From Acidobacteriota bacterium (GTDB lineage: Bacteria > Acidobacteriota > Thermoanaerobaculia > Multivoradales > Multivoraceae), in assembly GCA_003388555.1 (NCBI GenBank), contig QQVD01000018.1, positions 1,274 through 65,273 of the forward strand: a DNA stretch of 64,000 bases, in the 5' to 3' direction. Below the pieces are notes generated by a model that searched no databases, had not been told where the DNA came from, and saw only the letters and a program-made list of their open reading frames with translations. This document shows, one piece after another, positions 1-10,887 of the stretch. Numbering within the stretch: position 1 is the first letter of the stretch; the number at the start of each line of letters is the position of its first letter. Both the position numbers and the translations under genes were made by a program.

Positions 1-1117
1 CGCCGTCGGCGTCCATCGCGTAGATCTGTGGCGACCCGGAGCGCGACGAGGTGAAGGCGATCTGTCGCCCGTCACTGCTCCACGAGGGATTGGTGTCGAT
101 GGCGCCCGAGTTGGTCAGGCGCTGCAGGGTCTGCTGGCAGTCGCGGATGCGGCAGCGGAAGAGCTCGATGTTGCCGCGCAGCGAACGTGAGAAGACCACC
201 GAGCTGCCGTCGGGCGACACGTCGGGCGAGGTGCTCTGCACCTCGTCGACCAGGATCGGGCTCTTGCGGCCGGTCTGCCGATCGGCCCAGTAGAGCGAAG
301 GCGAGAGCTCGTAGTACGAGGTGTAGGCGAGGCCGTTGCCGTCCGGCGACCAGGCCGGAGTGAAGGTGAGCGACTCGTGACCGGTGATGCGACGCTGGTC
401 GTAGCCGTCGTAGTCCATAACGTACAGCTCCTTGATGCCGCTGCCGTCGCGGTCGGAGGTGAACGCGATGCTGGTCAGCCCGATGCCGCGCTGGCCGGTG
501 AAGTAGAAGACGATCTCGTCGTTGAAGGTGTGGGCCATGCGCCGCGCCAGGTCGTAGGTGCCGCGGTAGCGCTTGCCGAGGATCAGGCCGTGTCCCTTGA
601 GGTCGAAGATGCGACCCTCGAGCACCAGCTTGTCCTCCTCCAGGAGCAGCTCGGCGAGCAGGACGACGTCGTTGCCGACGGAACGGTAGAGCTCGAAGTC
701 GTGGGTGAAGTCGCCGTTGACCTCGAGGCCCGAGAGCTGGTCCGGCCCCATCACCGAGAAGATGCCGTTGAGCTCGAGATCGCTGCGCAGCGTCTGTTCG
801 AGCTCCTCGGCGGCCTTGCGCGCCGCCGGCGGAAAGACGGAGCGGTGCTTGGCGGCGGGCAGGGCGAGGCGCACCCGCTCCCGTACGTCGCCCTCGATCA
901 GGAGAGTGACGCCGTCCTGCAGGCGGGAGGTGTCGGCCGGAGTCTCGGTCTGCTGAGCAGAGACCATCGGCGCCGGCAGCAGCATCAGCAGCAGGGCAGC
1001 GAGGGAGCCCGTTGCGTAGGAGCTGGGACGCCGTCCGCGGAGAAAACGGCCGGTCGGAGCGGCCGGAGCCGTGGGGCGGTTGAGGGAGGTGGTGCGGTGC
1101 TCGGCTTCGCGGGTCAT
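1..1117 (-). CDS. tolB: TolB, periplasmic beta-propeller protein of the Tol-Pal system; N-terminus at 1117, C-terminal part runs off the window start
   Basis: Minus-strand translation from ATG 1117 gives MTREAEHRTTSLNRP... followed by TolB-typical motifs (DYDGYDQRRITGHESLTFTPAWSPDGNGLAY, IYAMDADG). Lies downstream of tolQ/tolR/tolA-like. The + ORF 377..1453 is its antisense shadow. Confidence 0.88.
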   Translation of the reverse strand, partial: MTREAEHRTTSLNRPTAPAAPTGRFLRGRRPSSYATGSLAALLLMLLPAPMVSAQQTETPADTSRLQDGVTLLIEGDVRERVRLALPAAKHRSVFPPAARKAAEELEQTLRSDLELNGIFSVMGPDQLSGLEVNGDFTHDFELYRSVGNDVVLLAELLLEEDKLVLEGRIFDLKGHGLILGKRYRGTYDLARRMAHTFNDEIVFYFTGQRGIGLTSIAFTSDRDGSGIKELYVMDYDGYDQRRITGHESLTFTPAWSPDGNGLAYTSYYELSPSLYWADRQTGRKSPILVDEVQSTSPDVSPDGSSVVFSRSLRGNIELFRCRIRDCQQTLQRLTNSGAIDTNPSWSSDGRQIAFTSSRSGSPQIYAMDADG

Positions 1118-1439
1118 GCTGGAGGGTGGTCTTCCTTGGCGTGCTCGGGTGGTCGGATCTCGCCCTGGTTCGCGGTGGCCCGTGTTCCTGCGCGCAAACC
1201 TTTGAGACGAATGAACTTGCGCCGCGAGACTATCGCAGGTTCGCAGCTCGCCGAACCGCGGTGCCTGACTCCGACGGCGCGGCGCGTACGGGCGCCGACG
1301 CAGTCTGGATCTGAACGCTCGTCACGATGCGGAACAATCCCGCAAAGCACCGAAACTCCCGGAAAACGCGAAAAATCCCGGCCGCACGGCGCCGGCCGGC
1401 CCCTCGGAGCGCTCGAGCACCAGGTCGGACGCGCCGACC

Positions 1440-2189
1440 TCAGCGGAAGATGATCCGCACCCCCAGCGAGTCCTTGCGGTACGCCTGAGGCAGCGGCGGC
1501 AGCGGCACGGCTCGCGACACCGCCTCGTAGGCGGCGCGGTCGAAGGCTCGCGATCCAGAGGACTGGGCGACCTGAAGCTCGGTGAGCTGGTTGCCCTCGC
1601 GCACGATGCGGAAGCTGATGATCAACTCGACGCCCTCGCCTACCGGAGGGCGTCGCCACTCGCGCCGGATGCGGGCGATCAGCCGGTCGAGATAGTAGGA
1701 GTAGCGCAGCGAGAACTCGGGGTCGTCGAAGCCGGCGAAGTCGGCTTCCTGGCTGCGACCCGTGGAGGCCGGCGGAGTCTCCTGCGTGCCTGGCGCCTCG
1801 ACCGGCGCTGGCTCTTCCGGCTCCTCGGACACCGGCGACTCCTCGGGCGGCGACTCCCGCCGCGGCTCTGGCTCTTCGGGCTGCAGCACCGGAACGTCCT
1901 CGGGCGCCGGCTTGGGAGCCTCGACCTCGGGCTCGGGCTCGGGCTCGGGAACCGGCGCCGGCGGAGTGCGACGCGGCTCGGGACGCGGCCCGCGCTGGAG
2001 GTCGGCGGCGGGGATGGTCACCACCTCGACGTAGCGGACCTCGGGACGCTGCCGCTCGAAGAGACGCGGTCCGAGGACCGCGCCGACAACCAGCGCGACG
2101 TGCAGCAGCACCGAGACGACGGGGAACAGCCGGCCGAGACGGGGTGTCGCGAGGGAGCGCCGGTCGAGCAGCTGGGTGACTGCGTCCAT
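1440..2189 (-). CDS. TolA/TonB-family protein: N-terminal TM anchor, Pro/Glu-rich linker, TonB-C-like C-terminal domain
   Basis: 249-aa ORF with hydrophobic N-terminal segment, PEPEPEVEAPKP linker and a C-terminal domain resembling TonB/TolA C-terminus (…YYLDRLIARIRREW…GVRIIFR). Sits between tolR and tolB. Confidence 0.72.
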   Translation of the reverse strand: MDAVTQLLDRRSLATPRLGRLFPVVSVLLHVALVVGAVLGPRLFERQRPEVRYVEVVTIPAADLQRGPRPEPRRTPPAPVPEPEPEPEVEAPKPAPEDVPVLQPEEPEPRRESPPEESPVSEEPEEPAPVEAPGTQETPPASTGRSQEADFAGFDDPEFSLRYSYYLDRLIARIRREWRRPPVGEGVELIISFRIVREGNQLTELQVAQSSGSRAFDRAAYEAVSRAVPLPPLPQAYRKDSLGVRIIFR

Positions 2190-2205
2190 CGCCGGGAACG
2201 TGCGG

Positions 2206-2634
<429 letters not shown>

Positions 2635-2681
2635 CTGCTGTTCCCTGCTTGGCTCGAAGAGTTTCTCGGCGGCCCCGCCGC

Positions 2682-3413
2682 TCAGGTGAAGTTGCGCTCG
2701 GCCAGATTGAGGAACTCGAGCGCGAAGTCCTCGAGGTCGGTCTTGGCGCGACGCAGCCGGCTGGAGAGCTGGTTGTAGCCGATCAGCGCCGGGATCGCCG
2801 CCACCAGGCCGGCCGCAGTGTTGATCAGTGCCTCGGCGATGCCTGGAGCGACCGCCAGGATCGACGCCGAACCGCTGGCGCTGATGTCGTTGAACGCCAC
2901 CATGATGCCCCAGACGGTGCCGAAGAGACCGATGAACGGGGTTGCCGCCGCGGTGGTCGCCAGGAAGGTCGCGTTCCTGCTCAGCGCCAGCATCTCGACC
3001 GCGATGGCGCGCTGCAGGCTGCGCTCGATCGCGATCAACGACTTGATCTTGTAGCCGCCCGCGCCCTCTTCCTGTCGTTGGGCGCGCGCCTTCACCTGGG
3101 TGTCGATCTCGAGGTAGCCGGCCTGGAACAGGCCGACCAGCGGCGAGGCCTTGTGCTGCGTCGCCACCTTGTTGATGTCGGAGAAGCGGCTGCTGCGCCG
3201 GAAGGCCTCGAGGAAGCGCCGGTTCTGCTGCGAGACGACGCGGAACTGCCGGTTCTTCGACAGCAGGATCGCCCACGAGCCGATCGAGAAGAAGGCCAGG
3301 ACCGAGAAGGTGATCCAGGCCACCGGGCCCGCGTCGAGGAAGAGGCCCAGGGCACCCGGGCCCTCGTTGCCCGGCAGGGCGGCGAGCACGGAGAAGGGAG
3401 AGGTGGTGGTCAT
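2682..3413 (-). CDS. tolQ: TolQ/ExbB (MotA/TolQ/ExbB proton-channel family)
   Basis: 243 aa from ATG 3413 (MTTTSPFSVLAAL...GIAEALINTAAGLVAAIPALIGYN...). ORF 2682..4040 trimmed to the conserved start. Confidence 0.88.
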   Translation of the reverse strand: MTTTSPFSVLAALPGNEGPGALGLFLDAGPVAWITFSVLAFFSIGSWAILLSKNRQFRVVSQQNRRFLEAFRRSSRFSDINKVATQHKASPLVGLFQAGYLEIDTQVKARAQRQEEGAGGYKIKSLIAIERSLQRAIAVEMLALSRNATFLATTAAATPFIGLFGTVWGIMVAFNDISASGSASILAVAPGIAEALINTAAGLVAAIPALIGYNQLSSRLRRAKTDLEDFALEFLNLAERNFT

Positions 3414-3688
3414 CGGGATGTCGTCGCCGCGCGGCCGCGGGCTGATCCTCTTCGCAGGGGCTTGGTAGGGGTTCCGGGGGCGGGGTTCCGGGCTGGCGAC
3501 GTGCACAGTACGGGCCGCGATCTCCGGATGTCGACCCTCCGGGCGGCACACGGTGCCGTCGCCCGCGGCAAGGTACCACGGGCGCGTGCCGAATTCACCC
3601 GCGCAACCCGTTGGCTCGTGCGGTGGATTCCACCCACCGCCCCCGCTCGCACACAGGCCGCGGCAGCGCTGCCCGCGGCGACCTGCGA

Positions 3689-4492
3689 TCAGTCGGGCAG
3701 CGCATCGCTCGGGCCCCGGCGCCGCCACTCGAAGAGCACCACCGAGGCAGCGACGGCGGCATTGAGCGATTCGACCCCGGCGACGAGCGGGATCGTCAAG
3801 CGGTGCGTGGCCAGGCGGTTCGCCGCGGCCGAGACGCCGTGTGCCTCGGAGCCTACGACCAGGACCCCCGCCGGCGGCAGCGTCGCGCTCCACAGAGGGG
3901 TTCCGCCGTGCGCCGCCAGCGTCAGCCAGGGTGCCGTGTCGCCGACGAGCTCGCGAAGCTGCTCGGGCGCAGCGCCCCAGAGGAGGGGAAGGCGGAGCGC
4001 CGCACCGGCCGACGCTCGCACCGCCCGGGGATTGCGCCACGAGCAGCTCCCCGGCGCCGCCACCACAGCCGCGCAGCCGGAGGCGGCCGCACTACGGATC
4101 AGCGCGCCGACGTTGCCCGGGTCCTGCACCGCGTCGAGGTACAGCACCCGGCCTGCGACGGCTCGACGCTTCAACTCGGCGAGGTCAGGTCGCTGCACGC
4201 TGGCCAGGGCCAGCAAGCCGCGGGGAGAGTCGACGTCGGACCCTTCTCGCAGCAGCGCCGGCTCCACCTCGCGCACCTCGACCCCCAGCGAGCCGGCCCG
4301 TTCGAGCAGCGCGGCGAACGTCTCCCGCTGGCCTGCCTCGACGAGCAGCACCTCGAGAGCCGTGCCGCATTCGAGAGCGGTCTGCACGAGGTGCGGGCCT
4401 TCGAGCAGCACGCCATCGTCCTCCCGTCCACCTTTACTTCGGCGCAGACGGCGCGTAGCCTTGAGGATTCGATTGTCCCGACTCGAGATCAC
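3689..4492 (-). CDS. TrmH/SpoU-family RNA 2'-O-methyltransferase (RlmB-like)
   Basis: 267 aa with SpoU motifs (LDAVQDPGNVGALIRSAAASG, VVGSEAHGVS, IPLVAGVESLNAAVAASVVLFE). Confidence 0.83.
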   Translation of the reverse strand: MISSRDNRILKATRRLRRSKGGREDDGVLLEGPHLVQTALECGTALEVLLVEAGQRETFAALLERAGSLGVEVREVEPALLREGSDVDSPRGLLALASVQRPDLAELKRRAVAGRVLYLDAVQDPGNVGALIRSAAASGCAAVVAAPGSCSWRNPRAVRASAGAALRLPLLWGAAPEQLRELVGDTAPWLTLAAHGGTPLWSATLPPAGVLVVGSEAHGVSAAANRLATHRLTIPLVAGVESLNAAVAASVVLFEWRRRGPSDALPD

Positions 4493-4554
4493 TCTCCGAC
4501 GGACTCCCTCGAAAGCCGGATGGCCGGGTGACGGGTCGACTGCAGGTTCACCGT

Positions 4555-4608
4555 GGTGACTGGGGTGACTGGGGTGACTGGGGTGACTGGGGTGACTGGG
4601 GTGACTGC
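4555..4608 (+). repeat. Tandem 9-bp repeat GGTGACTGG x5 plus one imperfect copy
   Basis: Direct reading of 4555..4608. Lies between the divergent trmH-like gene (start 4492) and ORF 4528/4621. In frame with the GTG 4528 start, where it encodes (GDW)6. Confidence 0.9.
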
Positions 4609-4620
4609 AGGGTGAATGGA

Positions 4621-5328
4621 ATGAGCCTGCGCAGCGATCTGCTCACCGCCTTCTGGAACCGCTTTCCCGAGGACCGCGTCCGTGTCGCCGTGGTCGGTGA
4701 GGACCCGGACAAGCGCGCCGGAGTGCTGCTCGGCATGCGAGCCTACCTGGGCTTCGATCCCTCGTGGGAGAAGGCACCGCCGACCCGCGCGCGCCCGGCC
4801 GAGCGACGTCATCGTGGACCGATCGCCGGGATCCGCGAGGTCGAGGAGGAGCCCGCCCCGGACGCTCGGCGCGAGCTGACCGTGACCTCGGTGCCGGACG
4901 GCGGCGGCGAGGGCGCGGTGCCGGTCGATGACGCCGAGACGGTCGCGCGCGCCCTGCGCCGGGCCCGCGCGCTGACAGCGAGCACCCGCACACCGCCTCT
5001 CTTCGACCTCTACGTCTGCGCCGAGGGCGGCGCCCACGATCTGGTGGTGGGAGACGCCGGCAGCGGCGAGCGCTTCCTCCTCGCCCGCAGCTGGGTGGCG
5101 ATCGAGGCTCCGTGGGGCCGTGCCATCGGCAGCAGCGCCTCACTGCAGCTCCCCGCGACTCTCGCGGCGGGAGGCGACGGCCTGCCGGTGCCGGGCACCC
5201 GTCGCCACGGTGGTGTGCTCGCCTCGCTCACCGGCGGTCTGCTCGACCGCCGCCACGCAGTCGCCACGGCGACGACCCACGCCCTCGCCTCGCTGGTCTA
5301 CCCACTGCTCTCGTCGCGCCCGCTGTAG
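4621..5328 (+). CDS. Hypothetical protein; the ORF could start at GTG 4528 and then carry the N-terminal (GDW)6 repeat
   Basis: G/C-dominated third codon positions across the ORF, as in the other coding regions here. No recognisable domain. ATG 4621 preceded by GGTGA. Confidence 0.5.
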   Translation: MSLRSDLLTAFWNRFPEDRVRVAVVGEDPDKRAGVLLGMRAYLGFDPSWEKAPPTRARPAERRHRGPIAGIREVEEEPAPDARRELTVTSVPDGGGEGAVPVDDAETVARALRRARALTASTRTPPLFDLYVCAEGGAHDLVVGDAGSGERFLLARSWVAIEAPWGRAIGSSASLQLPATLAAGGDGLPVPGTRRHGGVLASLTGGLLDRRHAVATATTHALASLVYPLLSSRPL

Positions 5329-5685
5329 GGGCTGCGCCAGCAGGGGCCGGTAGCGGCTCAGGAGCCACTACCCAAGGGCCGCGGCGCTGCGGCGCTGTGC
5401 TAGCCTGAACCGTCCAGCCGCCGCTCCGGAGGCCGACGGTCCGATTCGATGCCCGAGGGCCCGCAGAGGTCCAAGACGGGAAGGGTTGCGTGGCCGCGTT
5501 CCGAGCTCCCCGGCGAAGCGCCCCCGAAGCGCTCGGCGCGCCACGCGGCCAAGCCCGCTGCGCCCGGGTCGGGGATCCAATGAAACTCCACGGGCGACGC
5601 GCAGGCGTCGGCCCTGACGCCGCTGCTGCGGCGCCGCCCTGCCGTCAGCGCCTCGGCGCCCGCCCGGCATCGGAGGTCTCCAGCC

Positions 5686-6834
<1,149 letters not shown>

Positions 6835-6883
6835 CGGCCGCGGCTGTCGCGCAACCTTCCAGCCGTCGGCTTGGCCGGACCGG

Positions 6884-8113
6884 TCAGCTCGGCGCGCTGT
6901 TCTCGCGCGGCAGCACCCGGCTGAGCACGGCCACCGCGACGGTGGCCGAGGCGAGGGAGCCGACGATGATGCCGAGCCGCTCGTCGAAGAGCAGATCGAC
7001 GCCGGTCTCCTCGAAGGCGAGCGAGCCGATGAACAGGCTCATGGTGAAGCCGATCCCGGTGAGCGCCGCGGCGCCGTAGAGCACCGGGTAGCTCATGCCG
7101 CGCGGCAGACGGGTCCATCCGGCGGCGACGGCGATCCAGCAGCACAGGAAAACCCCGATCTGCTTGCCGAAGAAGAGCCCCATGGCGATTCCCAGCGGCA
7201 CCGGGTGCAGGAGGTCGTCGAGGCCGGTGTCGGTGAGGCGCAGGCCCGCGTTGCAGAAGGCGAAGACCGGCAGCACGAAGTAGGCGACGATGGAGTGCAG
7301 GTCGTGCTCCAGGGTCTTCACCGGCGAGTTGGTCGGATCGCGCCGACAACGCATCGGCACGGTGAGGCCGAGCATCACGCCAGCCAGGGTCGCGTGCACG
7401 CCGGACTTGAGCAGCGCCGTCCACATCACCAGCCCGACGAGCAGGTACGGGCTCTGACGCACCACGCCGCGGGCGTTCATCGCCACCAGCAGCACGATGC
7501 ACCCAGCCGCGGTGAGCAGCGCCGTCAGCGAGATGTTGGCGGTGTAGAAGAAGGCGATGATCAAGATGGCGCCGACGTCGTCGAAGATCGCCAACGTGGT
7601 CACGAAGACCTTGAGGGAAGTCGGGACCCTCGATCCGAGGAGCGACAGGACGCCGAGGGCGAAGGCGATGTCGGTGGCGGCAGGGATCGCCCAGCCCTGT
7701 GCCGCGACCGGGTCGCCGTGATTGAAAGCCAGGTAGAAGCCGGCGGGGAACAACATGCCGCCGATGGCGCCGACGCCGGGCAGGATCACGTTGCTGCGCT
7801 GGGAGAGCTCGCCTTCGACGCACTCCCGCTTCAACTCGAGGCCGACGAGCAGGAAGAAGATCGCCATCAGCCCGTCGTTGACCCAGAGGAGCAGCGGCTT
7901 GTCGATCGCGAAGTCTCCCACCGACAGGCTCACCGGCGTCGACAGGAGCAGGTCGTAGAACCTCGACAGCGGCGAGTTGGCCACCATGACGGCGAGCACC
8001 GCAGCGACCATCAGCAGCACGCCGGCCGCCGACTCCTGGGCGAAGAACTGGCGCAGGAAACCCGCCGGCGAGGAGCGCGGCCTCGACTCGTGGCGGAGCG
8101 GCGGAGCGGTCAT
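6884..8113 (-). CDS. nhaA: Na+/H+ antiporter NhaA
   Basis: 409 aa polytopic membrane protein, aligns with the NhaA N-terminus (…FFAQESAAGVLLMVAAVLAVMVANSP…) and conserved core (…ATDIAFALGVLSLLGSRVP…). Confidence 0.92.
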   Translation of the reverse strand: MTAPPLRHESRPRSSPAGFLRQFFAQESAAGVLLMVAAVLAVMVANSPLSRFYDLLLSTPVSLSVGDFAIDKPLLLWVNDGLMAIFFLLVGLELKRECVEGELSQRSNVILPGVGAIGGMLFPAGFYLAFNHGDPVAAQGWAIPAATDIAFALGVLSLLGSRVPTSLKVFVTTLAIFDDVGAILIIAFFYTANISLTALLTAAGCIVLLVAMNARGVVRQSPYLLVGLVMWTALLKSGVHATLAGVMLGLTVPMRCRRDPTNSPVKTLEHDLHSIVAYFVLPVFAFCNAGLRLTDTGLDDLLHPVPLGIAMGLFFGKQIGVFLCCWIAVAAGWTRLPRGMSYPVLYGAAALTGIGFTMSLFIGSLAFEETGVDLLFDERLGIIVGSLASATVAVAVLSRVLPRENSAPS

Positions 8114-8123
8114 TTCCGCGATC

Positions 8124-10598
8124 TCACGTCTGCACTCCCAGGAACAGGTAGAGCGAAGCGGTGGAGAAGAGCACGTTGGGCGCCCAGACGGCGATCAGCG
8201 GTGGCAGGGCGCCAGCGTCGCCGAGGGTGACGAAGAAGGCGTTGAGGGCGAAGTAGATCATCCCGATCGCCAGCGCGATACCGATGCCGTAGAGGGCGCC
8301 GCGGCGCCCCAGACGGAAGGCGAAGGGGAGGGCGACGAAGGCCATGACCAGCGCCGCGCCTGGGCCGGCGAGCTTGCTGTGCAGCTGCACCCGGTACTGG
8401 GTCGTCTCCTGGCCGGCGTTCTCGAGCCGGTCGATGAAGTGCGCCAGCTCCTCTGGACCCATCTCCTCCGGCGGCTTGAGCTCGGTGTCGAAGAACTCTG
8501 GAGTCTCGGGCAGGTCGACCGGCACGGGGCCGACGAGCTCCCGCACGTCGGTCACCACCGAGCCGTCGAAGCGGCGCAGCCAACCGCCTCGGACCTGCCA
8601 CTGGCGACCGTCGTAGGCCGCCGTCTCGGCGTAGAGGCGGCCGGTGAGGGTGAGCCGCGCCAGGTCGAGCTGGAAGACGTGGAGGTGCTGCAGGGTGGCG
8701 CTCTCCTCGTCGAAGAACTGGAAGTGGTAGAGGTAACCGCCGCGACCGTACAGCCACTGCTGGTCGGCGCGCTTGAAGGTCCGGGTGTCCTGGGTGCCGC
8801 GGATGATGCTCTTGTAGTCGGCGGCGCGAGCGTTGGAGTAGGGGAGCACCGACGATTCGAGCAGCGCGCACAGCCCCGCGACAAGGAGCGCCGCCAGCAC
8901 CACCGGAATGGCGAGGCGGTAGAGACTGATCCCCGAAGCCTTCGCCGCGATCACCTCGTTGGATCTCGACAGCAGGCCGAAGGACACCAGGGTGCTGATC
9001 AGGATCACCACCGGGGCGAGCAGGTTGAAGATGTCGAACGAGAGGAACTTGTAGTACTGGAGGATCGTCTCGGTGGAGACGTCGTTCTCGAGCACCTCGT
9101 CGACCAGCTCGGTGAAGTTGGCGATCACGAAGACCAGCATGCCGGCCAGCGCGGCGAGCACGAACACGCGCGTGAACAGCCTGAGCAGATAGCGGTCGAG
9201 GACGTTGGGGAAGCGCAGCGACGGCAGCTGGAAGCGCAACCGCAGGTCGGCGTCGCGGCGCGCCGGCGGGGCAAGCAGGCTTCGTCGGCGCGGCGCCGCG
9301 GCCCGACCGGCGTCGCCGACCGCTCGATCGCTCTGGCGCTCCCGCTTCTCGCTGCGGCGCAGCTGACGCGATTCGCGCTTCTGGTACTTGCGCCGCTGCC
9401 GGTAGCGGGATCGCACCCTGGCGTGCGACCAGAACTGGTCCCGAATCCACTGGTCGAGACGGCTCAGGATCAGGCTCTTGTCACTGTTGCGCCTGGTCAG
9501 CAGGAACAACCCGGCGATCAGGAAGAGGATGTTGGGCAGCCACATCGCCAGCCAGGGAGCCAGATCGCCGCGCTCCGCGGTGCGCTCACCGGCGGTGATC
9601 AGGACCTGGTAGATCAGGATCACCACCAGCGACAAGGCGAAGCCGGACGAGCGTCCGCCGCGCCGGTTGTCGAAGCCCAGCGGCACGCCGAAGAGGCCGA
9701 GCACGATGCAGGCGGCAGGGATGGAGAACTTCTTGTGCACGTTCACCATCGCCAGGCTGCGCATGTTCTCGGGATTCGACTCGTCGGCGTGGAAGCGCAC
9801 CAGCTCCGAGAAGGTCATCGCACGCAGGGAGCGGGTCTGGGCGTGCTGCGCCCGCAGCGCCAGGGTGCCGTCGCTCTCGACCAGGGTCGAGGTGGCGAAG
9901 GTCTCGATCGAGTAGCGGTGCTGGGCTCCCAGATCGAGCTCGTGGACCGTGCCGTCCTGCAGGGTCAGGACGACCTCCGAGGCGGCCTCGTTGACGTCGA
10001 CGGTGCCGGACCTGGCGAAGGTGATGCGGCTCTGGCGGCCGAGGATCGAGTCGCCGACGAAGACGCCGGTCCAGCGCTCGCCGGCGGTTCGGTCGACGTA
10101 GAGCACCGTGCCGTCGAGCTCGTCGTAGAACCGTCCCGGTGTCACCTGGCCGACGACGTTGTTCGAGATCACCTCACGCTGCAGAGCCTGCGACCGGGTG
10201 TTGCCCCAAGGCAGCACGGTGAGCATCAACCAGATGTTGAGCGCCGTCAGCAGACCGGCCCAGGCCATCACCGGGCGGTAGAGCGCGAACAGGCTGATCC
10301 CGGCCGACCGGATGGCGACCAGTTCGCTGTCGGCCGAGAGACGGCCGACGGTGATCAGCACCGCGAACAGGAACGACATCGGGATGGTCAGCACCACGAT
10401 GTGCGGCAGGCTGAGCAGCAACAGCTCCGCCACGACACCCAGCGCGACGTCGCGCTGGATGATCATCTCGGCGAGATCGAAGAGCACGTCGGTGAGCAGG
10501 ATCATGGTGAAGACCATGAGCCCGAGCCCGAGCGGCCCGGCGATCTCGCGCATCACGTAGCGGTCGAGCACGCGGGTGACCATCGTCCCGGGGATCAT
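8124..10598 (-). CDS. Fused LptF-LptG-like LPS export permease (two YjgP/YjgQ permease domains in one 824-aa polypeptide)
   Basis: N-terminal domain starts VLDRYVMREIAGPLGLGLMVF. A second domain restarts at VLDRYLLRLFTRVFVLAAL after a highly basic linker (RYRQRRKYQKRESRQLRRSEKRERQ…). Both halves have YjgP/YjgQ topology. Confidence 0.82.
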   Translation of the reverse strand: MIPGTMVTRVLDRYVMREIAGPLGLGLMVFTMILLTDVLFDLAEMIIQRDVALGVVAELLLLSLPHIVVLTIPMSFLFAVLITVGRLSADSELVAIRSAGISLFALYRPVMAWAGLLTALNIWLMLTVLPWGNTRSQALQREVISNNVVGQVTPGRFYDELDGTVLYVDRTAGERWTGVFVGDSILGRQSRITFARSGTVDVNEAASEVVLTLQDGTVHELDLGAQHRYSIETFATSTLVESDGTLALRAQHAQTRSLRAMTFSELVRFHADESNPENMRSLAMVNVHKKFSIPAACIVLGLFGVPLGFDNRRGGRSSGFALSLVVILIYQVLITAGERTAERGDLAPWLAMWLPNILFLIAGLFLLTRRNSDKSLILSRLDQWIRDQFWSHARVRSRYRQRRKYQKRESRQLRRSEKRERQSDRAVGDAGRAAAPRRRSLLAPPARRDADLRLRFQLPSLRFPNVLDRYLLRLFTRVFVLAALAGMLVFVIANFTELVDEVLENDVSTETILQYYKFLSFDIFNLLAPVVILISTLVSFGLLSRSNEVIAAKASGISLYRLAIPVVLAALLVAGLCALLESSVLPYSNARAADYKSIIRGTQDTRTFKRADQQWLYGRGGYLYHFQFFDEESATLQHLHVFQLDLARLTLTGRLYAETAAYDGRQWQVRGGWLRRFDGSVVTDVRELVGPVPVDLPETPEFFDTELKPPEEMGPEELAHFIDRLENAGQETTQYRVQLHSKLAGPGAALVMAFVALPFAFRLGRRGALYGIGIALAIGMIYFALNAFFVTLGDAGALPPLIAVWAPNVLFSTASLYLFLGVQT

Positions 10599-10887
10599 AC
10601 GGGCGTGCGGGCGGAGGCCGACGAGGAGAACCCGGAACCGTGGGTGTGAGGTGGCTCGAAGAGCGGGGACAGGCGAGAACCGAGGCGGTCGCAGAGCCTG
10701 GGCCGGACCCGCCGCGATGCCGTCGTCCTCGGATGCAACGTCCGATAAGATGAATTATGTAAACCTCGATACTGCCCCTGCGCTGAGCCTGGCTCCTCCA
10801 GCAAGGCGTCTTCTTAGCCGTTAGGGCCTCTGATGCGCGCGCGTCCGGCGTCCTGCCGACTTCCGCGAGTTCCGAATCAGCGACCGT

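Noticed and set aside
377-1453. 358-aa + strand ORF
   Set aside because: Antisense shadow of tolB. Low-complexity Ala/Val/Glu/Arg-rich translation typical of reverse frames in high-GC DNA.
2649-4559. 636-aa + ORF and 2206..3579 / 2682..4040 long minus ORFs
   Set aside because: The real genes are tolR (2206..2634), tolQ (2682..3413) and the trmH-like gene (3689..4492). The long ORFs are read-through or alternative-frame extensions with no stop codons because of GC bias.
4555-4608. CRISPR array
   Set aside because: The 9-bp and 13-bp tandem repeats (4555..4608 and 41255..41293) have no spacers and units far too short. No cas genes in the window.
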